Assembly: GCA_044222185.1 (NCBI GenBank)
Contig: JBGANV010000004.1
Location: 64,001-128,000 of the forward strand
Reading direction: 5' to 3'
Origin: Planctomycetota bacterium
Lineage (GTDB): Bacteria > Planctomycetota > GCA-002687715 > CAIWVZ01
Length of the DNA stretch: 64,000 bases
In this document: piece by piece, positions 27,808 to 37,088 of the stretch
Layout: the number at the start of each line of letters is the position of its first letter
Position numbering within the stretch: the first letter of the stretch is position 1
The notes under the pieces: generated by a model
Database searches by the model: none
The model's input: only the letters and a program-made list of their open reading frames with translations
Told to the model about the DNA's origin: nothing
Position numbers and translations under genes: made by a program

Positions 27808-29747
27808 TCACTTGGGCGGAATCAGCCGGTCGTCCTCCTCCGTCGCGGCCGGCTTGCCGGGTTGCGCGGGGACCGCGTTCCAGGGCAGGATGCGCTGGTC
27901 CTTGAAGTGACCCTTCCGGAGCTTGCGGAGCATCCATTCCAGGTACGCGTTCAGCTCGACCTCCATCTTCTTCATGCCCGCGTCGTCGAGGCCCATGGAG
28001 TTGGCGAACAGGTTCTGATCCCACTTCCCGTCGAGCTCGGCTTTCAGGTAGCGCGTCCAGCCCGCGTAGTACTTGCCGTGTTCGCCGATCTTCACGATCC
28101 CCTTCTCGGTGACCTCGAAGTGCGTCAGGAAGTAGACGAAGAACCAGCCCTGGGCATACACCATCAGGATCTTCTCCTCGACTGGAGCGAGAACCGGGCC
28201 TTCGCCGGAACGAGCGCAAGCATGGTGAGCCGTCCGACGGTTCCCTGGTCGGTGAAATCGTCCTCCTGAAGCACGCCCACTTCGTAGGTCGTGGTCCCGT
28301 CGGCGTTCTTCACGACCCGCGATCCGCCGAACCATTCCGCGATGCCCTCCTGGAACCAGAAGCTGTCGGCGTGCGGCGGCAGCGGGCGCGGCGTGCAGAC
28401 GTGAACGAGCTGGTGCGTGCCTTCGTGCAGGATCGTCCCCACGGCGCATTCACCGTGGACGACGAGCATGTTGTTGCTGGGTTCGAAGTGTGCCTCGACG
28501 GATGAGACTTCGGCCGGCGCGGACTCCGTCCCCGGCTTGCCACCCGGAGGTGGATCACCCTCCGTGGGAGGCCGCTCCGCCTTCTGGCCGCGGAGGTACT
28601 CGTGGAACGCCTTCCGGTCGACGAAGCATGCGACGTTGATCGGCTTCTTGGGCACGGTGAGCTTCAGTGCGTCGCCGAACTCCTTCATGAACGCCGCGGA
28701 GAGCGCCCGCAGATGGGCGACGAGCTCCTGTGCCTTCTGGATCTCGTCCCACTTCGGCGACTCCTCGATGAACAGGACGTACGGCTCGGAGTGCACGATG
28801 CGCCAGCGCTTGTGACTCGGCGCGAAGCGGTCCAGAACGGCCCGTTTCTCGATCTCCTCCCGTCGTGCCTTCGCGCCGAGGTCCGTGGCGAAATAGGCAT
28901 CCGCCGTCGTTCGCCGCTCCGCGGACTTCTTCATCAGCGGGCCTGCGACGGCGTCGAACTGGGCCTTCGATACCCACCCGCGCGATCGCTCGGCGGCTTG
29001 CGTCAGGCGCTCGAGCTCCGCCAACAACGCCTTCTCCTCGTTGCTGGAGAGGTAACGCGCGTCGCGGTCGTCGAAGTCGGCCGTCAACGGCTCCAGCTTC
29101 ACGTCCCCGTGACGGGTGCGCGCATCGAGGTGGTTCGGGTTCTCGCGGAGCGTGTCGATGAGCGCGGACTCGCAAGCGGTGTCGAGCGCCTTGCACGCGT
29201 CTTCCGGCGCACCGCGCGCCCGCCACGCGACCGCCTCGTCGCGGAGCATGTTCGTGATGTTCCAATGACGTGCGGCACCGTCGCCGGGTGCCGCGTTGCG
29301 GATCGCCGCGATGCGCGCCGCGGGATCGTCGGCCAGAGGTTTCGAGGCAGGCTGCGCGGGCGTGGCGTTGCTCGAACCGTGCGTCGTCGGGGACGGCGCT
29401 CCCGCGGGGGCCTCGGCCGAGGGAGGCGGTGGCTGGGGCGCGGCACCAGGCGTTGGCGGACCGCTGCGAAGAAGCGCCCATGCCGCTGCTGCCCCGACGA
29501 TCGTGACAACGAGGCCGACGAGCAGGGCCTTCGTTCCCGTCGCAGGCTTCTGCGGTGGTGCGGTCGGCGCGCTGGCGGCTGCGCGTCGTCGCATTGGGTC
29601 GCCGCTGCGGCGCACCGGACCCGGCGGCGCCACCGGCGCGCCGATCGTGATCTCGGCCCCGCAGGAATCGCACGTGATCGCGGCATCCGTTGCGCGCGCC
29701 GAGTTTTCGGTCCCGCACGCGGGACATGGGATCCACTGAATGGGCAT
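27808..29747 (-). pseudogene. Frameshifted zinc-ribbon + TM + DUF1570-like gluzincin (paralog of 21757-23619)
   Basis: CPAC...CDSC, TM, LHEGTH...WFQEGIAEWF in one frame; the YAQGWFFVYFL C-terminus is in another frame, with the shift near 28180-28190. Confidence 0.7.
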
Positions 29748-29918
29748 CGCCGGCTGACCCCCTCTTGCGAAGTGAAACGGCGACGATGATATCCGCGCGC
29801 GCGGCCGTCCGAACGGTCCGACGCGAACTTGCGGAACGCGAGTGTCGCGGGCACGATCGTCGCCGTTCCGTCGGTCCCTGCGCACGTCCCCGCGCCCGGA
29901 TCGACAGGGAGGCATTCC

Positions 29919-32471
29919 ATGTTCCAGCATTCGTTCGGGTCACGGGCGCCGATCGCGGCGGCTGTGTGGATGGCGTTCTGTCTTGCATTGGCACCGATTC
30001 GCACCAACGGCCAGGGGCCCGGCGCGCCGGACCTCCGCGTCGTGTCCGTCGACACGTCAGGGCTGACGGGAGACTGGCAGGTCCTGACGGTGACCGGTGC
30101 CCTCTCCGCGGTCGTGCAGAATGCCGGCTCCGCGGCGGCGGGCCCGTTCACCGTCACGTTCTTCGAGGACGGAAACCACAACGGCGTGTTCAACGCCGTC
30201 GGCGATCGACTCTTTGGGACGGCCGCGGTCGGCGGGCTTGCGGCGGGCGCTCAGGTCGTCGCGTCGATCACGACGCAAGCGGAGATCCTGTTCCGCGACA
30301 ACCTCATCCACGCGTTCGTCGACAGTGCGAACACCGTCGCCGAGAGCAACGAGGGGAACAACGTGGGCCACTCGGGACAGCCGTGCCTCTACCAGCCTGC
30401 GCCGTCACCGTTCGCACCGGCCCTCGAGTGGTCGTGGACGTCGAGCGCGATCGCGCCCACGGCGCTGAACGTCATGGGAACGCCGGCCGTGATCGATCTC
30501 GACGGCGACGGCGCGCCGGAAGTCGTCTTCACGTCGACCTCGTCGACAGGCGGCGGCTACGTGGAGGTCGGGTTCCTTCGTGCGGTTCACGGAGCGAACG
30601 GATCCGAGTTCTTCACGATCACGGATCCGAACCAGCTCGTGAACACGGCGGCATCGGTCGCGGTCGGCGACATCGATGGTGACGGGGCTCCCGAGATCCT
30701 CGCGTGCCACGCATCAGGCAACCGGCTGATCGCGTTCGAGGCCGATGGCACGTTCAAGTGGCTCAGTGCCCCGCTCGAAGTCATCAACTGGGGGGCGCCG
30801 TCCATCGCCGATCTGAACGGCGACGGAGTTCCCGAAATCGTCATCGGGCGGCAGGCGCTCGACAATCTCGGCAACGTGCTGTGGACCGGGACGGGGGGCA
30901 ACGGGTCGGGCGGCAACGTGGGTCCGCTCTCGATCGTGGCCGATCTGGATCTCGACGGCACGCCCGAGATCATCGCCGGCAACACGGCGTACCGCGCGAG
31001 CGGAGCGATCTATTGGCAAGCCAGCATTCCCGACGGGTACGCGGCCGTCGGGAATTTCGACGCCGATTCGTTCCCCGAGGTCGTGATCGTCGGCGGGGGA
31101 TCGGTGTATCTCCTGAACCACGACGGCACGCCCGTGTGGGGGCCGATCGCGATCCCGGGTGGCGGTTACGGTGGGCCGCCGACGATCGCCAACTACGACA
31201 CGGACACGCAGCCGGAGATCGGCGTCGCCGGCGCCGCGCGCTACGTCGTCTTCGAAACCAATGGCACCGTGAAGTGGCAGAGCGTCACGCAAGACGGCTC
31301 GTCGAATCGCACGGGATCGTCGGTGTTCGATTTCGAGGGCGATGGGATCGCCGAGGTCGTCTATCGCGACGAGCTGTTCCTGCGCGTGTACCGCGGCACC
31401 GACGGAACGGTGCTCTTCCAGACGGCGATGAGTTCGTGCACCTGGTACGAGTACGTTCTCGTCGCGGACGTGGATGGTGACGGAAACGCGGAGATCCTCG
31501 CGGTCGCCAACAACAACTGCGGGTTCGGCCCACAGCGCGGCGTCTACGTGTTCGGCGACCCGGCGGACAACTGGGTCGCGACGCGTCGTATCTGGAACGA
31601 GCACGCGTATCACATCACGAACGTGAACGACGACGGCACGATTCCCGCGCACGAGGACGCCAGCTGGCTGTTCCCGTCGGGAGCTCCCTACAACAGCTAT
31701 CGCCAGAACGTGCTCGCGGGAGGATTGCAGGCGACGTCGGCGCCGGATCTCACGGCGTCGCGGATACGCGTGGTCTGCGGCCCGTCGAACGCGACGCTCA
31801 CGGGCCGCGTCGGCAACGGAGGCTCCGTGATCGCGGGTGCGGGAATCCCCGTTTCGTTCTACGCGGGCAACCCCGCGGCGGGTGGGATCCTCCTCGGCAC
31901 CGTGACGACGCCGGTCGCACTTGCGCCGGGCTACTTCGTCGACGTGGCGTTCTCGCCGCCGACACCGATCACGGGCAACATCCCGATCTACTTTGCCGCC
32001 GACGACCTCGGCGGGCTGGTGGGAACGCAGAACGAGTGCCGTGAGGGGAACAACGTGTTCGGCATCAACGGATGCGTGCCTGCCGTCGCTGCGAACTACG
32101 GTGCGGGGTGGCCGGGGACGCTGGGCATCCCCACGCTCTCCGCGAACGTCGCACCCGCGCTCTGCCGGCAGATGGCGATCACGATCGGCAACTCGCGCGG
32201 TGTCGCCACGCCCGCGGCGTTGCTCCTCGGGAGGCAGCCCGCGAGCGTCGCGTTCGGCATCGGCGGACTGGTCCTCGTCGACCCGTTCTCGCCGCTGACC
32301 TCGATCCTCGAGTTCACGATGCCGGCGTCGGGCTCGGTCCTCTCGTTCCAGACTCCGGGGAACATCTTCCTCTGCGGTGAGACGTTCTACATGCAAGTGG
32401 TGATGTTCGACCCGGGCGCGTCGCAGTCGTACGCGTTCACGCGCGGTCTGCAGTCGACGATCGGACTGTGA
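29919..32471 (+). CDS. Secreted FG-GAP/VCBS repeat protein with CARDB domains and C-terminal domain
   Basis: Multiple D-x-D-G-D-G-x-P-E-I/V Ca-binding repeats; PDL...ESNEGNN CARDB; GGAGG SD before ATG 29919. Confidence 0.85.
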   Translation: MFQHSFGSRAPIAAAVWMAFCLALAPIRTNGQGPGAPDLRVVSVDTSGLTGDWQVLTVTGALSAVVQNAGSAAAGPFTVTFFEDGNHNGVFNAVGDRLFGTAAVGGLAAGAQVVASITTQAEILFRDNLIHAFVDSANTVAESNEGNNVGHSGQPCLYQPAPSPFAPALEWSWTSSAIAPTALNVMGTPAVIDLDGDGAPEVVFTSTSSTGGGYVEVGFLRAVHGANGSEFFTITDPNQLVNTAASVAVGDIDGDGAPEILACHASGNRLIAFEADGTFKWLSAPLEVINWGAPSIADLNGDGVPEIVIGRQALDNLGNVLWTGTGGNGSGGNVGPLSIVADLDLDGTPEIIAGNTAYRASGAIYWQASIPDGYAAVGNFDADSFPEVVIVGGGSVYLLNHDGTPVWGPIAIPGGGYGGPPTIANYDTDTQPEIGVAGAARYVVFETNGTVKWQSVTQDGSSNRTGSSVFDFEGDGIAEVVYRDELFLRVYRGTDGTVLFQTAMSSCTWYEYVLVADVDGDGNAEILAVANNNCGFGPQRGVYVFGDPADNWVATRRIWNEHAYHITNVNDDGTIPAHEDASWLFPSGAPYNSYRQNVLAGGLQATSAPDLTASRIRVVCGPSNATLTGRVGNGGSVIAGAGIPVSFYAGNPAAGGILLGTVTTPVALAPGYFVDVAFSPPTPITGNIPIYFAADDLGGLVGTQNECREGNNVFGINGCVPAVAANYGAGWPGTLGIPTLSANVAPALCRQMAITIGNSRGVATPAALLLGRQPASVAFGIGGLVLVDPFSPLTSILEFTMPASGSVLSFQTPGNIFLCGETFYMQVVMFDPGASQSYAFTRGLQSTIGL

Positions 32472-32480
32472 TCGTGTCCG

Positions 32481-32507
32481 ACCGCCGGGCGCCTGCCGTC
32501 CGGCGGT
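32481..32507. terminator. GC-rich hairpin between convergent genes (possible bidirectional terminator)
   Basis: accgccgggcg-cctgc-cgtccggcggt, an 11-bp stem with one G-U pair. No clear U-tract. Confidence 0.45.
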
Positions 32508-32512
32508 GCGTT

Positions 32513-33808
32513 CTACCGTGACGCCTTGGGGCGGAGGTAGCCCGGCGTGTCGTCGCGAGCGGCACGCGGGTGTAAACACTCGGCGGGACGTGGCGTCGTG
32601 ACGAGTTCGAACGCGATGCCGAGGGGATAGTCTCCCGCGCGCGGTGCAACGACGCCGTTCGCGTCGTACGGCAACCCGAACGCCGTCCCCACCGCCAGCA
32701 TGTCGAAACGAGTGATCGCCATCTTCGCGCGATCCACCTCGATGAAGCCGAGGATCGCGGGGTCGTAGGACTCGGGTTTTCCTCCTGTCGTTTCGGCGAG
32801 GTGCGCGACGCCTTCCAAGCGCATCGTGAGCCGGTCCGCGCGCGCATCTTCCACCGTGAGCCGCAGGCGGATGGCAGCGGGCTGAGCCGTGGTGAACGCC
32901 GTGTGCTCGGAGAACCCGCGATTGGGGTCGAGGTGGAAGCGCGCGAGGCGGAGGAGGAACGATTCAGGCACGGGGTAGGACTGTCCTGCTAGCGGCATGG
33001 CAGGGATCAGCGAGCGCCACTCGTTCAGCGGCACCCACATGAAGTCGTTGTGAGCTTCCGCATAGCGGTCGGCCTGCATCTGCGTGGTCTTGGGAACGAA
33101 GTCGCGCAGGGATGCGTATCGCCACCCGCTCGGCTCGCGCGTGGCGAGCTGGCGATTGAACACGCGCAGGACCAGGGCGCCCGCGGGCACGGCGAGAGCC
33201 GTGCGTTTGACGTCCTGCCGGCCTGTCGCGGCGACCATCACCGATCCCGCCAACCGTTCGGTCGGCGGCAGTTGGGCCCACTCGTTCAATGCGGCTTTCA
33301 GCGTCCAGTGGAGATCGGGCGCTGGGAACCGGGGCCGATTGAGGCGGACGCCGCTCGCGGTGACGACGCAGAGCGACCCCGACGCCGTACCGGTCACGCA
33401 ATCCGTCGCGCGGATGAACTCCGAGTCCTCATCCAGGAAGTCGTGGCGCTCGCGGCGCGCGTCGACTGCGACGGCGATGAACTGATCCTTGATGAGTTGA
33501 ACGGCGCTCTCGGTCCAGATCGCCGGCGCACGGCCGGCGGAAGCTGCGGCTCAACACGCTCCGATCGGGGGTCCACCGGCTCCGCCCCAGACCAGGATGG
33601 GTTTGCCCTCGGCTGCTGCCTGGCGGCGCGCCTCGGTGATGCTCAACTTCCAGTCGATCTGCCAGAAGCGCTGCTCATTCGGCTGCGCCCGGATCATGCG
33701 ATGGAGTCGATGGAAGTGTCGCGGCGAGATCGGCTCGGGATCGGTCTCACGCACCGGGAACGACGACACATGAACCAGCACGGCGAACAGGGGCAGCAGT
33801 CGGAACAT
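32513..33808 (-). CDS. Putative selenoprotein: thioredoxin-like (SelN-like) domain with Cys-Sec motif (U86), 431 aa
   Basis: ATG 33808 with GAAGGA SD. Frame is open except for one TGA at 33553-33551, in the context EARRQAAAEGKPILVWGGAGGPPIGAC-U-AAASAGRAPAIWTESAVQLIKDQFIAVAVD. It continues in frame into ORF 32513..33397. A SECIS-like hairpin follows the TGA. Confidence 0.8.
33516..33553 (-). promoter_or_regulatory. Bacterial SECIS-like element
   Basis: mRNA: UGA GCCGCAGCUUC CGCCGGC-CGUGC-GCCGGCG AUCUG. A 7-bp stem starts after an 11-nt spacer, with GU in the apical loop. Confidence 0.7.
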
Positions 33809-34051
33809 CGAACATCCTTCGGAAGGTCGGAAATGAGCGCGCCGAGTGTACTCGCGCCCGAAATCTTGGCCATTCCTCGTCGCGGGGGTTCGCCGCGAAC
33901 CTCGCGGGTCGCCCTGCGGCGGCGGTCGTCGACGCTCGACCGGGTCAGGGGTTCGGACCGGGCGGAAGGCAGGGCTGTCGCGCAGCTCCGCGACTGGGTC
34001 GCAACGCCGGCGACCCGCGCGCACCACTCCGCGTGCCGAGGACTCTCCCGT

Positions 34052-35038
34052 TCAACCGCCCGCAAGCGCGGTGCGGTACCACTGGACCGTCCGGTTCAGT
34101 GCGTCGTCGACGGAGAACGCGTGTCTCCATCCGAGGGTCGTGCGGGCCTTCGTGCAGTCCAGGTACTGCGCGGGGATCTCGCCGGCGGTCTGGCCGAGGA
34201 TCTGCGGCGCCAGGTCGAGCCGTCCGCACGCGCGTTGGATCATGGCGACGAGGTCGAGCACCGAGAGCGGCGTCCCCGTGCCGAAGTTGAACGCCTGCCC
34301 CTGCAGGCCCAGGTCGACCAGTTTCTCGGCGAGGCAGAGATACGCGAGCACGGCGTCCTCGACGTAGAAGTAGTCGCGAATGAGCTTGCCGTCGCTGCGC
34401 ACGACCGGTCGCTCGCCGGCGAGCAGTGATCGGATCGTCCCCGGAACGATCCGGCTGAAGTTGAGATCACCGCCGCCATAAAGATTGCCGCACCGCGTGA
34501 TGGCGATGGGCATCTTGTAGGTCGTCGCGAACGAGATCGCGATGAGGTCGGCGCAGGACTTGGACACGTCGTAGGGGAACCGGCCCTGGAGCGGCGCGTC
34601 CTCGCGGTAGGGAAGGACGTCGTGGGAGCCGTAGGCCTTGTCCGATGACGCGATCACGATCCGCTTGACGAGGGGACCGCACGCGCGGCACGCATCGAGG
34701 AGCGTCCACGTGCCCTTCACGTTGGACTCGAACGTCGAGAGCAGCGAGCGATGCGCGGTGCCCACGATCGTCTGCGCCGCGAGGTGGAAGACGGTGTCGA
34801 TCTCGTACTCGTTGACGGCGCGCAGGCACGTCTCGTAGTCCTCGACGGCGCCGCGCACGACGTTGACTCGCTCGATCGCGCCCGATGTGATCAGTCGCGA
34901 GTTGGCCACGTCATCGCGGATGAGGCAGGTGATCGCAGCGCCGCGCTGGAGAAGCGCATCCACGAGCCACGACCCGAGAAGCCCCGTCCCTCCGGTGACG
35001 AGAACCGGGCGGTTCTTCCACGAGAATGTCGAGCTCAC
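34052..35038 (-). CDS. rfbG: CDP-glucose 4,6-dehydratase-like NAD-dependent epimerase/dehydratase
   Basis: VLVTGGTGLLG, HLAAQ, SSDKAYG, YDVSK, RCGNLYGGGD; GTG start coupled to the rfbF stop. Confidence 0.75.
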   Translation of the reverse strand: MSSTFSWKNRPVLVTGGTGLLGSWLVDALLQRGAAITCLIRDDVANSRLITSGAIERVNVVRGAVEDYETCLRAVNEYEIDTVFHLAAQTIVGTAHRSLLSTFESNVKGTWTLLDACRACGPLVKRIVIASSDKAYGSHDVLPYREDAPLQGRFPYDVSKSCADLIAISFATTYKMPIAITRCGNLYGGGDLNFSRIVPGTIRSLLAGERPVVRSDGKLIRDYFYVEDAVLAYLCLAEKLVDLGLQGQAFNFGTGTPLSVLDLVAMIQRACGRLDLAPQILGQTAGEIPAQYLDCTKARTTLGWRHAFSVDDALNRTVQWYRTALAGG

Positions 35039-35853
35039 GTCCACACCTTCCAGGGCGCGTTGCCCCGCTCCCACAGCGCGTTCAACGCCTGGGCCTCTTT
35101 GAACGTGTCCATGCACTGCCAGAAGCCCTTGTGCTCGAACAGTGCCATCTGGCGATCGCGCGCCAGTTTCTGGAACGGCTCGAGCTCGAGCGTGCACTCG
35201 GCGTCGAGGTAGTCGAACACCTTGCGATTGAACACGAAGAAGCCGCCGGAGGTGAAGTCGCTCATGAGCGGCTTCTCCTGGAAGTAGTCGACGACGCCGC
35301 CCTGCCCGACCTTGACGAGGCCATACTTCGAATGCGGGTGGAATCCCGTGAGCGTGGCGAGCTTGCCGTGGCGGTCGTGATAGGCCACGAGATCGTCGAG
35401 GTTCACGTCGGACAGTCCGTCGCAGTAGTTCGCGAGGAACGTCTCGTCGTGGATGTGATGGCGGACGCCGAAGAGGCGGCCGCCGGTTTGCGTGTTCTGG
35501 CCCGTGTCGACGAAGGTGATCTCCCAGTCCTCGATCGACGGATCGTGTGCGACGATGCCGCTGCCCGGCACACCGAGCTTGAGTGTGAAGTCCTTCATCA
35601 TCCAGTGGTAGTTGATGAAGTACTCCTTGATCATGTTGCCGCGATAGCCGAGGCACAGGACGAACTTCCGGTACCCGTAGTGGTCGTAGTGGCGCATCAG
35701 GTGCCAGAGCACCGGACGACCGCCGACCTCGACGAGAGCCTTGGGGCGGAACTCCGTCTCCTCCCGCATGCGGGTGCCTTGGCCGCCGCAGAGGATCACG
35801 ACCTTCTCCTGGCGTGTCGGCCGCCGATGGCTGCCCGGGGTGATCTGGCTCAC
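35035..35853 (-). CDS. rfbF: Glucose-1-phosphate cytidylyltransferase
   Basis: ILCGGQGTRMREETEFRPK, DTG..TQTGGRL, GFWQCMDT, APWKVW. Confidence 0.92.
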   Translation of the reverse strand: MSQITPGSHRRPTRQEKVVILCGGQGTRMREETEFRPKALVEVGGRPVLWHLMRHYDHYGYRKFVLCLGYRGNMIKEYFINYHWMMKDFTLKLGVPGSGIVAHDPSIEDWEITFVDTGQNTQTGGRLFGVRHHIHDETFLANYCDGLSDVNLDDLVAYHDRHGKLATLTGFHPHSKYGLVKVGQGGVVDYFQEKPLMSDFTSGGFFVFNRKVFDYLDAECTLELEPFQKLARDRQMALFEHKGFWQCMDTFKEAQALNALWERGNAPWKVWT

Positions 35854-37076
35854 GTGAGGATCTTGGGTTCGGGAATGGGGATCAGGAAGCGTCCGCCGGA
35901 TCGACGATACTCCGCCTCCTGCTGAACGATTTCATCGGTCAGGTTCCAAGGCAGGATCAAGGTGAAGTCGGGTCGGTCCGCGGCGAGCGTCCCGCCGGGT
36001 CTCACGGGCAGGTGCATTCCCGGTGTGAGCTTCCCGGCCTTCAGCGGATTGCGATCGACGGTGTATTCCACGAGATCGGTGCCGATGCCGCAGTAGTTGA
36101 GGAGCGTGTTGCCTTTGGCTGGCGCACCGTAGGCCGCGATCCGCTTGCCCTGACTGCGAAGCGAACGGAGCAGGGCGAGCAGCTGCTCCTTGTTCTGCGC
36201 GACCCGCCGGGCGAAGGCGTGGTAGGTCTCGGCGCGATCGAGGCCGCGTGCCCGCTCATCCACGATCATGGACGTGACGACGGGCCCGTGACCCGACCCG
36301 GCCCGCGCGAGGACTCGCACCGTGCCACCGTGAACTGCCACGTGCTGAACGTCGAAGATGGCGAGCCCCGCCCGTTCGAAGGCGTGAGCGAGGGCCAGCA
36401 CGGAGAAGTAGCTCAGGTGCTCGTGGTAGATCGTGTCGTACTCGAGCTTGTCGAGCATGGGCACCAGATAGGGCACTTCGATGCTGACCACGCCGTTCGG
36501 TTCGACGAGCGTTCGACACCCGCGAAGGAATCCGCCCAGATCCGGCACGTGCGCGAGGACGTTGTTGGCGCAGACGGCGCTCGCAGGCCCGTGGCGGCGG
36601 CGGATGTCGACGGCGGCGTCGGCGCCGAAGAAGACGTTCTCCGTCGGCACCCCGCGATCGGTCGCGATGCGCGCCAGGTTCGTCGCGGGTTCGATGCCGA
36701 GGACACGGACCCCGCGCTTCTGGAACGTCGCCAGAAGACTTCCGTCGTTGCTCGCGATGTCGACGACGAGGCTCGTGGGGCCGAGGCCGAATCGCGCGAC
36801 GTGGTGGTCTGCGAGCGCTTCATGGTGACGGGCCATCGTCGACGACGTGCCGGTCATGTACACGTAGTCGTGGAACAGGATCTCGGGATCGACGCGCTCG
36901 GAAAGCTGAACGAGAAAGCAGGTCTTGCAGAACACCAACTCGAGCGGGAAGCGGGCCTCGGGTTCGCTCGCGGCCTCGGGCCGGACGAACGAATTGGCGA
37001 GGGGCGTGGTGCCAAGCGACAGCACCAACTCGGCCCCGGGGGTGCCGCACGAGAGACATTTGACCACTGGCCGCAT
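35850..37076 (-). CDS. NDP-hexose C-methyltransferase (class I SAM, zinc-binding)
   Basis: CLSC...CKTC zinc site; DIASNDG; YDTIYHEHLSYF; HGG; YGAPAKGNTLLNYCG; LPWN. Confidence 0.9.
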   Translation of the reverse strand: MRPVVKCLSCGTPGAELVLSLGTTPLANSFVRPEAASEPEARFPLELVFCKTCFLVQLSERVDPEILFHDYVYMTGTSSTMARHHEALADHHVARFGLGPTSLVVDIASNDGSLLATFQKRGVRVLGIEPATNLARIATDRGVPTENVFFGADAAVDIRRRHGPASAVCANNVLAHVPDLGGFLRGCRTLVEPNGVVSIEVPYLVPMLDKLEYDTIYHEHLSYFSVLALAHAFERAGLAIFDVQHVAVHGGTVRVLARAGSGHGPVVTSMIVDERARGLDRAETYHAFARRVAQNKEQLLALLRSLRSQGKRIAAYGAPAKGNTLLNYCGIGTDLVEYTVDRNPLKAGKLTPGMHLPVRPGGTLAADRPDFTLILPWNLTDEIVQQEAEYRRSGGRFLIPIPEPKILT

Positions 37077-37088
37077 CCGGTCTGACCC

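Noticed and set aside
28160-28210. Programmed -1 ribosomal frameshift or Sec readthrough
   Set aside because: No slippery heptamer, residues appear deleted relative to the paralog, and reading through the TGA hits another stop after 12 codons.
33551-33553. Genome-wide UGA reassignment (genetic code 4 or 25)
   Set aside because: Many clear genes here (ispG, rfbF, ABC genes) end in TGA at their expected C-termini, often with GTGA coupling.
33551-34027. ORFs 33551..34027 and 32513..33397 as two separate hypothetical genes
   Set aside because: They are in the same frame, separated only by one TGA and 51 sense codons that complete a thioredoxin-like fold, so they are treated as one recoded gene.
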